In this document: piece by piece, positions 9,636-17,388 of the stretch | How the letters are laid out: every line of letters starts with the position of its first letter | How positions within the stretch are numbered: the first letter of the stretch is position 1 | Source: a virus | Length of the DNA: 64,000 nt | IMG/VR virus record: IMGVR_UViG_3300011115_000879 | Location: 32,001 to 96,000 of that record | Direction: 5' to 3' (one strand) | Notes under the pieces: generated by a model | What the model was told of the DNA's origin: nothing | The model's database searches: none | Seen by the model: the letters and a program-made list of their open reading frames with translations, nothing else | Program-made: the position numbers and the translations under genes

Positions 9636-10057
9636 TGTTTTTGTATCGCAAGGGTGACGAACAATTGTTATGTGTGTATAATTGGATTTTGTGTTAAGGT
9701 ATGTTGTACGTTGTGTATGTGGAATGTTCGTTATGTGGGTGATGTGGCGTGTTGTGGCAGGTACATTTTTAGCCTTGCCTCTCCAAACACTTTTTTAAAG
9801 CAAAAGATATATACGATTTTTTTAGCACAATTTTGTACGTACATTCACTGAGGTAATAAGTTCTTATATTTATCGACGTACAACAGCATTATTTTGTTAT
9901 AAGGAACCGGCCTCGCCACAAGTTGAACGTAACGCTAATAATACTCAGTACACCACATATTTTTTTTGCAAAACTGTTACATAGGTAACGGCTTTCCTAC
10001 TGCTTGAATTGGCAAGATTTTGTTACTACATTCACCACGAACCAAAAATTAAGTGTT

Positions 10058-10702
10058 ATGAGAATTATTGATAAAGATTTTATTGTGGGTGGACATAAAG
10101 TAGGTGTTTACCAAGCGTACGTAGATATCGACCCTAATTTTGTACCAATGGAGCCGGGTGTACGTGTTTTACCAGCAGCTTTTTTTTCACAGAAGGATTT
10201 TTTTACACTCAAACGCCGCTACTTACCCGGTGATAAACCAACGTTCCCACAAGGTGGCTATGAGGTGTTCGGATCGGGAGGTGAGGTTCGCAGCTACGAT
10301 CTAGACGCCGTCATTTTGTATCCAGAAACACGCGCTCAGAAGAAGATCATCGACGCAATGGCTCCAGCTGACCCGGATGCTCCAACTCGTGGGCGTAAGG
10401 CTTCAAGCACACCGAAAGAGATAAAGATAACAAGCGGAAGACGTGGGCGCCCATCACTCAGTCAAGAAGATAAAGCCGCAAAGGAAGAAGCCGCTGCGGT
10501 TAAGGCTTCAAAGTCGGGAGGTAAGCGAGGAAGGCCGGCGCGTGAAGGTGGTCCGAAACCAATGAAGGAAGCAACAGGCGGTAAACGTGGACGCCCTAGA
10601 ATGACCGAGGCAGTTATCGCCCTTAAAGTGGCGGATAAGGCGCTTCGAGCGAGCAAGTCCGGCGGTAAGCGAGGTAGACCAGCAAGTACAAAACGTAAGT
10701 AA
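10058..10702 (+). CDS. Basic protein with multiple AT-hook-like (RGRP) motifs
   Basis: GRRGRPS, GKRGRPA, GKRGRPR, GKRGRPA; start revised to ATG after cassette 10011. Confidence 0.75.
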   Translation: MRIIDKDFIVGGHKVGVYQAYVDIDPNFVPMEPGVRVLPAAFFSQKDFFTLKRRYLPGDKPTFPQGGYEVFGSGGEVRSYDLDAVILYPETRAQKKIIDAMAPADPDAPTRGRKASSTPKEIKITSGRRGRPSLSQEDKAAKEEAAAVKASKSGGKRGRPAREGGPKPMKEATGGKRGRPRMTEAVIALKVADKALRASKSGGKRGRPASTKRK

Positions 10703-10707
10703 CAATT

Positions 10708-10731
10708 AGCGCTCGTAAGAGCGCTTTTTTT
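10708..10731 (+). terminator. Intrinsic terminator
   Basis: AGCGCTC-GTAA-GAGCGCT followed by T-run. Confidence 0.85.
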
Positions 10732-10788
10732 ATGCTCGTGTTTGTCACAACTACTGTTGTACATTCATGTTAACCAAAAATTAAGGTT

Positions 10789-10980
10789 ATGATTTACAAA
10801 TTATGCATTTCGAAAAACAGAGTACAGTACCTAAAACAACAACTAGGTGATAATATTTTTGTCACTGATGAGGTTAGAGAAGATAACCTAGCTAGTGTGG
10901 AAGTAACCATCAACGATGACATGGACGCACTGAGTTTGTTCCATGCTGGAGTAATGGTTGGAATGAACGGCTCAGTATAA
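10789..10980 (+). CDS. Hypothetical protein
   Basis: Follows cassette at 10744. Confidence 0.7.
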   Translation: MIYKLCISKNRVQYLKQQLGDNIFVTDEVREDNLASVEVTINDDMDALSLFHAGVMVGMNGSV

Positions 10981-11047
10981 ATAAATTAGGGCGGGGCAAA
11001 ATAAATGTTGTACATTCACATCACACAAATAATTAAAAATTAAGGTT

Positions 11048-11371
11048 ATGAGCAAGAAAAAAACAGTAGTAGCACCAGTAGAAACAATCGTAGTTAACAG
11101 TGTAAAAAGAGGCCGCCCAACGCTAGAAGGATCAGCGCGCCAAGCTAAATTAGCAGCACGTGCGGAGCGAGTTGCAGCGGGTGGATCAGTTGAGCGTGGG
11201 CGCCCGAGTAATCCAACGAGTGCTCGTCAAACTCGTCTAGCGGCTAGAGCAGCTAGGCTCGCGAGCGGAGTTGAGGTCAGAGCCGGCCGTCCAAAAGGTA
11301 CAGGTAAAACGGTGGAGGTAGAGGTGAGTGTGGAGCCGGTAGTTGAGGTGGGTGTTGGGGTTGAAGCCTAA
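11048..11371 (+). CDS. Small protein with three AT-hook-like repeats
   Basis: KRGRP..SARQ, ERGRP..SARQ, RAGRPKG. Confidence 0.75.
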   Translation: MSKKKTVVAPVETIVVNSVKRGRPTLEGSARQAKLAARAERVAAGGSVERGRPSNPTSARQTRLAARAARLASGVEVRAGRPKGTGKTVEVEVSVEPVVEVGVGVEA

Positions 11372-11424
11372 CACCCGGGCACAGCCCGCTTCGTACATTC
11401 ACATCGAACCAAAAATTAAAAATT

Positions 11425-11580
11425 ATGTACAGTTTAGATTGTTCTTTTTACACAGCGGAATTTACATGTATCGGTGATTTAGTAACTCACGTTATGCTTT
11501 TAGGTATGGATCCGAATTATGAGATCACTAGAAACGGAAAAGGTATTGGTGAGCAAGCAGCTGATTATCTTCAGTTTTAG
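11425..11580 (+). CDS. 51-aa hypothetical protein (not in ORF track)
   Basis: Fits exactly between cassettes 11378 and 11580. Confidence 0.65.
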   Translation: MYSLDCSFYTAEFTCIGDLVTHVMLLGMDPNYEITRNGKGIGEQAADYLQF

Positions 11581-11627
11581 GCACAGTTTTTTTTGTACAT
11601 TCACGTTAACCAAAAAATATAAAGTAT

Positions 11628-11966
11628 ATGAAAGTATCAATTGAGCAAGCAGTAGTAAAAGTAAATGAGTGTATGTCTTCTGTTTTTACCAAGAATGATG
11701 TACTGAATTTGTTACAGAGTATTGAAATGAAAAAGGAAAATCTTGTGACTAAGGAGATGTTAGTGACTTTTGTTACTGACTATGTTGAAACACAAGTTGA
11801 GCGGTTAGATGCTGGGGATATTTTAGATCTTAGTACAGCTGAGTTTGATTTGAATGGTTGTGAGTTAAGTTTAGAAAGTGTTGATATTGACACAAGAGAT
11901 TTCACTAGAAACATTTTAGGAGAGATTGACGAAGCAGTTGATACTTTCTTGAATTACGATCTATAG
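11628..11966 (+). CDS. Acidic hypothetical protein
   Basis: Follows cassette at 11580. Confidence 0.7.
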   Translation: MKVSIEQAVVKVNECMSSVFTKNDVLNLLQSIEMKKENLVTKEMLVTFVTDYVETQVERLDAGDILDLSTAEFDLNGCELSLESVDIDTRDFTRNILGEIDEAVDTFLNYDL

Positions 11967-12031
11967 ATAACTTAGAGCGGGGCTCGTCAGAGTCCCGTTC
12001 TTATATTTAATCAAACCAAAAACAATTAGTT

Positions 12032-12223
12032 ATGAATGAGTACGCTTACAACCAGTTATTATCTTTGTTACAACAAGCAGCTGCGATAGCAGAGGAGAAC
12101 AAGGACAATGTTACCAATTTTGATCTCGAGGATCTGGGGCTGTCGCTAGAAGGGATCATCCAGGAGATCGAGGACCTAGGAACATTTGTGGGTGAGGGTG
12201 ATGATGAGGAGTACGATAACTAG
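12032..12223 (+). CDS. Very acidic small protein
   Basis: Follows hairpin cassette at 11986. Confidence 0.7.
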   Translation: MNEYAYNQLLSLLQQAAAIAEENKDNVTNFDLEDLGLSLEGIIQEIEDLGTFVGEGDDEEYDN

Positions 12224-12232
12224 GGGGATAAA

Positions 12233-12304
12233 GCCGCGTTGGTCAAGAGGTTAAGACGCCTCCCTTTCACGGAGGAATCACGGGTTCGAGTCCCGTACGT
12301 GGTA
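12233..12304 (+). tRNA. trnE: tRNA-Glu (anticodon TTC), CCA not encoded
   Basis: Acceptor GCCGCGT/ACGTGGT, D arm GTC..GAC, anticodon stem CCTCC/GGAGG with loop CTTTCAC, T arm CGGG-TTCGAGT-CCCG. Confidence 0.92.
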
Positions 12305-12361
12305 CAAGTTTTGTTTGGCACAATCAATTTTATACATTCACATTAACCAAAAATTAAGACA

Positions 12362-12574
12362 ATGGAAAAATTATCAAATGCAATCGAAATGTTTTTGTTC
12401 GACATGATCCCATCATTTTTGTATGGTGAGACAATTAGTGGAGTACCGATGAGTCAGGTGTCCAGGGGCTTCAACACCACTCACCCGCCAGTCCAGCTAA
12501 GTGAATTTGAATGGATACAGGAGTTTAGAGTGGGTTCGCTCCACAGAGTTGAGCAACGGGTTTTTTTGGGATAA
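12362..12574 (+). CDS. Hypothetical protein
   Basis: Follows cassette at 12317. Confidence 0.65.
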   Translation: MEKLSNAIEMFLFDMIPSFLYGETISGVPMSQVSRGFNTTHPPVQLSEFEWIQEFRVGSLHRVEQRVFLG

Positions 12575-12621
12575 GGCAACGCTTTTTTTGTACATTTATT
12601 ACGAACCAAAAACATTAAATT

Positions 12622-13050
12622 ATGTCTACAAGATCATTAATCGGAAAACAAAACGCAGACAAAACAGTAACGTTTATTTATTGCCACCATGATGGCTACC
12701 CTAGTGGGGTGGGTGATACGCTCATCGAGTCTTACTCCACACCAGAGCAGGTGGATGGTTTACTCGCACTGGGGGATCTGAGTGTACTAGGGAGTGAGCT
12801 GGGTGAGCAACAGGATTTTAATAAACACACCCGTGATTGGTGTTTAGCGTACGGAAGGGATAGGGGTGAGACGGGTACTGAGGCTCAAACAATCGATCAA
12901 GAGATGTACGTGCGTGAGAATTTGAGGGGTGAGGAGTATAAGTATATTTATTCACTAAGCAAGAACTGGGTTTGTTATGGAAATGATGATGATGAGGACG
13001 ATGAGGAGTTCACCATCAAGTATCCAACAACAGAATCCAGTACAACATAA
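12622..13050 (+). CDS. Conserved phage protein (MSTR..YCHxDGYP type), function unknown
   Basis: Motif YCHHDGYPSGVG; follows cassette at 12575. Confidence 0.75.
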   Translation: MSTRSLIGKQNADKTVTFIYCHHDGYPSGVGDTLIESYSTPEQVDGLLALGDLSVLGSELGEQQDFNKHTRDWCLAYGRDRGETGTEAQTIDQEMYVRENLRGEEYKYIYSLSKNWVCYGNDDDEDDEEFTIKYPTTESSTT

Positions 13051-13078
13051 GTTCATACTTTAATTTTAATGGTTAACC

Positions 13079-13110
13079 GGGCCGGAGTTTCTACTCCAGG
13101 CCCTCTCTTT
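13079..13110 (+). terminator. Stem-loop, probable terminator
   Basis: GGGCCGGAG-TTTCTA-CTCCAGGCCC then pyrimidine run. Confidence 0.55.
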
Positions 13111-13165
13111 ATGTTTGTAAGGCAGAATTAATTATGTACATTCACGTTAACCAAAAATTAAAAAT

Positions 13166-13390
13166 ATGATTGTTAAAATTTATCATTACGATTGTTCTTC
13201 AAATGAATTATTAAATGTAGATGTTATTGAGTGTAAAACACAAGAAGAATGTGAGTTAGAGATTATAAAACATCACTACCAAATTGATTATGACAATTGT
13301 AATACGGATTTAAGTGAAGAAGAGTATATTGAGAAATATAAAGTTAGTGACTTACAGTTTTATGAGAACTATGATTATGAAATTTGTTAG
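13166..13390 (+). CDS. Acidic hypothetical protein
   Basis: Between cassettes 13121 and 13390. Confidence 0.7.
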   Translation: MIVKIYHYDCSSNELLNVDVIECKTQEECELEIIKHHYQIDYDNCNTDLSEEEYIEKYKVSDLQFYENYDYEIC

Positions 13391-13435
13391 TCAGAATTAG
13401 TTATGTATATTCACGTTAACCAAAAATTATTAGTT

Positions 13436-13630
13436 ATGAAAAAGTATTTAGTTGTTTCGTCTGAAAATGGTAATGATTTTTACATTGTAAATGATTTAAA
13501 AGAATTGATTGAAGAAATGTATGAGTTTGAATTAGTACAAAACGGAGAAACGTTTGAAAGTGTGAGTGAAAAATTATATAGATTCTATCAAGTGTTTGAA
13601 ATTGATGGTGAAATTAAAGTATTAAATTAA
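13436..13630 (+). CDS. Acidic hypothetical protein (start revised)
   Basis: ATG after cassette at 13390. Confidence 0.7.
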   Translation: MKKYLVVSSENGNDFYIVNDLKELIEEMYEFELVQNGETFESVSEKLYRFYQVFEIDGEIKVLN

Positions 13631-13683
13631 ACGTGGGTAGTCAGAAATGACTACCTATATTTATTCAAACCAAAAATTAAACC

Positions 13684-13845
13684 ATGAAGCAAGAAAAAGA
13701 TTACGCGTTCCAAGTAGTAGTATTCCTAGTATTATTAGTGATAGCAACAACCAGCTGTAGCCGCTATAGAGCAGTAGGATCAGATGGTAGGTGTATGTTT
13801 AAAAAACAAACCAATTATCAAATGACTAGGATAATTCGATTATAA
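13684..13845 (+). CDS. Putative small lipoprotein (not in ORF track)
   Basis: Hydrophobic leader ending TTSC; follows cassette at 13640. Confidence 0.55.
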   Translation: MKQEKDYAFQVVVFLVLLVIATTSCSRYRAVGSDGRCMFKKQTNYQMTRIIRL

Positions 13846-13903
13846 AGCCAGTTGGACGTCAAAACTAGCAGCGTACATTCACATCGAACCAAAAATTAAT
13901 GAT

Positions 13904-14074
13904 ATGGCAAACATGAGCTACTGCAGATTCGAAAACACATACAACGACTTAAAGGACTGCCTTGAACACATTAATGATGAATGTGAAAATGAACGTGATG
14001 AGCGTTACAGACTCAGAATGATTGAGCTATTAGCACACGTACAAGATTCAATCGATTCAGATTATATCGATTAA
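13904..14074 (+). CDS. Small phage protein (MANMSYCRFENT..), not in ORF track
   Basis: Between cassettes 13858 and 14088. Confidence 0.7.
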   Translation: MANMSYCRFENTYNDLKDCLEHINDECENERDERYRLRMIELLAHVQDSIDSDYID

Positions 14075-14276
14075 ATAATCAGGGCTAGGCAAAACCAGCA
14101 GCGTACATTCACGTTAACCAAATAATTAGAACATGAACGAATTAAAGATTAAAATTACAGGCGTTACAATGATGTTAGCCTCAACAGCGTATTTAATAGT
14201 TTATATGCTCAATAATTAACAGGGCGGGGCAGAACAATAATCGTACATTTACATCAACCAAAAAAATATAAAGTAT

Positions 14277-14432
14277 ATGAAACAGTTAATCGCTTACAAA
14301 CGCTTCACAATTAAAGTAGTATCTGGATTTATGTTAGGCTGTATAGTCCTGGATGAAGTAATTGGAATAATGATTGGACCAATCCTCATTGAAATTGACT
14401 TCCCCAAACGCGAATCAAGTAATACAATGTAA
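14277..14432 (+). CDS. 51-aa hypothetical protein (not in ORF track)
   Basis: Between cassettes 14228 and 14442. Confidence 0.6.
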   Translation: MKQLIAYKRFTIKVVSGFMLGCIVLDEVIGIMIGPILIEIDFPKRESSNTM

Positions 14433-14488
14433 TCGGGGCTAGTCAGAATAATAAACATACATTTACATCGAACCAAAAATTGAGTATT

Positions 14489-14701
14489 ATGAAATTATTA
14501 AGTGGAATTATCAGTGTAATATTAGGATTCATGTCGTTATTCATCATGTTCGTTAAGGCGAAAACGGATGTAGAAATGGGAGTGGGATTTGGAGTGTTAC
14601 TAGCAGCAATCATCTTTATGTGCTTTATGATCATGGAAGAACAGAAGCAAGAAGTAGAGCGCCTGCGTGGAGTAATACTGAAGAGTAAGGGTATAATCTA
14701 A
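14489..14701 (+). CDS. Small 2-TM membrane protein
   Basis: Two hydrophobic helices; follows cassette at 14442. Confidence 0.65.
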   Translation: MKLLSGIISVILGFMSLFIMFVKAKTDVEMGVGFGVLLAAIIFMCFMIMEEQKQEVERLRGVILKSKGII

Positions 14702-14721
14702 TCCACAGTCGATAGGCGGAT

Positions 14722-14758
14722 AAGTAAGGTGAGCGAGAAATCGCTCGCCATCTTACTT
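14722..14758 (+). other. Long GAAA-capped stem-loop
   Basis: AAGTAAGGTGAGCGA-GAAA-TCGCTCGCCATCTTACTT. Confidence 0.7.
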
Positions 14759-14791
14759 GGATACTGGGCTCCGGGGCCGTATATTTACTCC

Positions 14792-15110
14792 ACGATCACC
14801 AACGTTAGTCCTCCATCCACACTGTATTCTTAACGCCCGCTTGGACACTACGTTTGGTGATCTTCCTTATCCTTCATATATTTATGAATGTTAAGAATAT
14901 AGTGCGGAAATAAAGACTCCACTCACATTCCCCAACATCAAACCAAGTACACAACCAGCTGAAAGTGCTGGGAGTTCCCCTAGCGGTGGCGGTAGCTAGG
15001 ATCAGAGCTGAATTCACATTGATGAATTAGCCGGGTTAAAATAAGCACGTGACAACGTTCCACGGTTTATCAGGCCCCGGCGGAACGGCTTCCTGTTAGA
15101 GATACGAGCG
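14792..15110 (+). ncRNA. Candidate structured non-coding RNA(s), family not recognised
   Basis: No credible ORF; at least six stems, including a 19-bp near-perfect pairing 14816-14834/14890-14908. Confidence 0.5.
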
Positions 15111-15142
15111 GAAATATAAATACAATAACCCCAACCCACGTT

Positions 15143-15361
15143 ATGAATAATAAGCTCAAAAAATCACCATCACCGCTCCGTCTCCACAAATATACTCCAC
15201 CCGAACAAGCACTCATTAATTCCCTATACACCAACGGGCATCTTAAACCCGCAATGATGGAAGTATGGGACCAATTAAAAGCCGGTAATGAGGTTATCCG
15301 CCGCAATCAGCTCAACTTCCACTCACACATAGAACGAGTAATAAAGAACCAGGTAAAATAA
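15143..15361 (+). CDS. Hypothetical protein
   Basis: ORF only. Confidence 0.5.
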   Translation: MNNKLKKSPSPLRLHKYTPPEQALINSLYTNGHLKPAMMEVWDQLKAGNEVIRRNQLNFHSHIERVIKNQVK

Positions 15362-15398
15362 AAATTAACCGTCAGAATAATAAGCGTATATTCACGGC

Positions 15399-15632
15399 AT
15401 GAAAAATAAGAACATGACACCAGCAGTAGAAAAAGCGAATGACTTAATCGATGATTACTATAACATGTTAATGGATAATATAGACGATGAGTTCATTAGA
15501 CGATTAGTAGCTATACGGTGTGCATTAAAGGCAGTAGATGAAATAATAAACACGCTCACCAATTCATGGTGCGTGATATCAGATAAGGAAAACTGGGACG
15601 AGGTAAAACAACAATTAGAAAACAGCTATTAA
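15399..15632 (+). CDS. Hypothetical protein (MTP.EKA..CAL.AVDEI type), paralog of 16473
   Basis: Follows cassette at 15371; shares motifs with 16473..16712. Confidence 0.7.
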   Translation: MKNKNMTPAVEKANDLIDDYYNMLMDNIDDEFIRRLVAIRCALKAVDEIINTLTNSWCVISDKENWDEVKQQLENSY

Positions 15633-15642
15633 ACCAACCAAT

Positions 15643-15849
15643 ATGAACTGGATAGAAGTAACAAAGCACTCAGACATCCCAAGTATAATCTACACCGATA
15701 GAATAAAAATACTAATTGAAGACGTTAACGGGTTCATAGGAGTGGGATACTGGAACTCATATGACTGGGTATTAGACACCTATCACCATGATATTGATGG
15801 TGAAATACGCTTCTATAAGATTAAACGATACGCACTAATAGAATTATAA
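15643..15849 (+). CDS. Hypothetical protein
   Basis: Tightly packed ORF. Confidence 0.65.
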   Translation: MNWIEVTKHSDIPSIIYTDRIKILIEDVNGFIGVGYWNSYDWVLDTYHHDIDGEIRFYKIKRYALIEL

Positions 15850-15867
15850 ACCATTAAACCAACCAAC

Positions 15868-16116
15868 ATGGAAAGAATAAACACAGCACCCACACCCACG
15901 TTTAAAGTAAATGACCGAGTCCAATTCTACACCCAATACAGCGAGCGAGGAAGTGCTCCAACAACAAGTACCATCGAGTATGGAATCATAGAGAAGATAA
16001 ACACCATCACAGCGGAAGTAAGAACACGAGACGGTAAATGGAAACTACGGAGGGGTGAAATGACCCACTACACCGATCCATTTATCGGGTGGGTGGATGA
16101 GGAACCCAGTAAGTAA
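15868..16116 (+). CDS. Hypothetical protein (FKVNDRV, SH3/KOW-like)
   Basis: ORF translation. Confidence 0.6.
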   Translation: MERINTAPTPTFKVNDRVQFYTQYSERGSAPTTSTIEYGIIEKINTITAEVRTRDGKWKLRRGEMTHYTDPFIGWVDEEPSK

Positions 16117-16472
16117 CTAGACGCCCAGCCTATAGATCCGAGGAGCGTGAGCCTTAGAGCTCGCGCTTCCTCTATTGAGATCGAGCCGATAGCGGTTGCG
16201 TGCGGCCCGATAGCGGGGTGGGTGCGGAACGGCCCCACGCTAATCGCGGTACATCGATGGGGCGTGTGCGGCGCGACAAAAGGTATGGGTATTCTCAACA
16301 CACACACGATCTTTAACTATCGACAGTATATACGCATATCCCCATAAACGAACCCCAAATTCCGAAATAACCCTTTCACCCCAAATTCACAAAATCCCAA
16401 CTCTAACTTTTAACAAAATTTTACGTGTCGGCAAGATATATACCGTATATTTATCACATAATACCAAATAAC

Positions 16473-16712
16473 ATGACGCCGCTAGAAAAAGCCAATAGAA
16501 TAATTCAGGAATCTAAATTAAATCTTAAGTGGCACTACTATGATAATTTATCTAAGTACGATAAAATAAAAGTAATCAATTGTTCTTTGCTAGTAGTTAA
16601 CGAATTAATTGACGAAAGTCGAGAACAAGGAAATGTAGAACGTTTTAAATATTTTAGAGAAGTAAAAAAAGAAATCGAAAACCATGATACCAACAGAGAT
16701 ACTATTGACTAA
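16473..16712 (+). CDS. Hypothetical protein, paralog of 15399
   Basis: MTPLEKA..CSLLVVNELI..EVKKEIEN; follows cassette at 16430. Confidence 0.7.
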   Translation: MTPLEKANRIIQESKLNLKWHYYDNLSKYDKIKVINCSLLVVNELIDESREQGNVERFKYFREVKKEIENHDTNRDTID

Positions 16713-16859
16713 ATTAGCGTTTGAGGAATACGTTAAACGCATACATGATAGTAGCGCCGCAAAATATGGATTAACCGTTGAACAGTATCAACATGCCGTA
16801 GCTAGTGGTAGTATAGTTACTCCAAATACGAACCTTAATACCCAGCAAAAATAATAGTT

Positions 16860-17363
16860 ATGTTAAAAGAAATTACACTCGAAGAAGCAAAACAATATCG
16901 TAAATTAAATGATTATGATTTATATAGTATGCATTTGGTTACGGCTTTTAGTAAACATAAAGATCCTAATGACGACCCAAAGTGGGATACTATAACATAT
17001 TATAGCGATATTAGAGGTGGAATTACTGATGAGCAAGGAGATTTAATTCATCCTCACTATGTTTATATTCTTACCAATCCTTCTATACCGGGTATTGTTA
17101 AAATAGGTCATACTACTCGTACAGTATATGATCGTGTGAAGGAAATTAATGCTGCCCCTGGTGTTATTTTTCCTTGGGAAATGCGTTTTACATATAAGTG
17201 TCCTAATGGTCGTATGCTTGAGGAAGAAATTCATTCACATTTACAAGATTTAGGTCTTCGTCCAAATAAAAGACGTGAAGGTTTTACTATTGACGTAAAT
17301 GACGCTATTAAAGTTATTGAGGATTTAGGGAAAAAATACACAATCGCATTATCAAATATATAA
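16860..17363 (+). CDS. T5orf172-like GIY-YIG domain protein
   Basis: YVYILTNPSIPGIVKIGHT..R..E, LEEEIH, REGF. Confidence 0.85.
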   Translation: MLKEITLEEAKQYRKLNDYDLYSMHLVTAFSKHKDPNDDPKWDTITYYSDIRGGITDEQGDLIHPHYVYILTNPSIPGIVKIGHTTRTVYDRVKEINAAPGVIFPWEMRFTYKCPNGRMLEEEIHSHLQDLGLRPNKRREGFTIDVNDAIKVIEDLGKKYTIALSNI

Positions 17364-17388
17364 ATCAACGCTTTTAAAATCGCAAACA

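Larger units (their letters stand above)
1809..16453 (+). repeat. Dispersed early promoter/leader cassette, about 34 copies
   Basis: G[G/T]CA-N12-TA[C/T]ATT[C/T]A starting at 1809,3213,3670,4068,4315,4537,5392,6472,6714,7582,7835,8084,8503,8980,9098,9343,9824,10011,10744,10995,11378,11580,11986,12317,12575,13121,13390,13640,13858,14088,14228,14442,15371,16430 (some are variants). Usually followed by AACCAAAAA..ATG. Confidence 0.9.

Noticed and set aside
9654-9851. 65-aa Cys/Val-rich ORF
   Set aside because: GTG start; its composition is a by-product of the G/T-skewed tract
4314-14470. Repeats as a CRISPR array or integron attC sites
   Set aside because: Spacers are whole genes of variable length, repeats are degenerate and mostly non-palindromic, and no cas or integrase gene is in the window
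14794-14908. Group I intron core, tmRNA or RNase P
   Set aside because: ACACTA/TAGTG resembles P7, but there is no room for P4-P6 and no interrupted gene; no tRNA-like ends or RNase P consensus
15068-15095. TCAGGCCCCGGCGGAACGGC as SRP RNA helix 8
   Set aside because: No GNRA-capped stem or AGCAG motif, and no long flanking helix
16068-16347. ORFs over the GC-rich element
   Set aside because: Atypical codon use, no leader, and they coincide with strong secondary structure
1809-16453. GGCA box as a sigma-54 promoter
   Set aside because: No TTGC at the -12 position; the conserved downstream box is TAYATTYA
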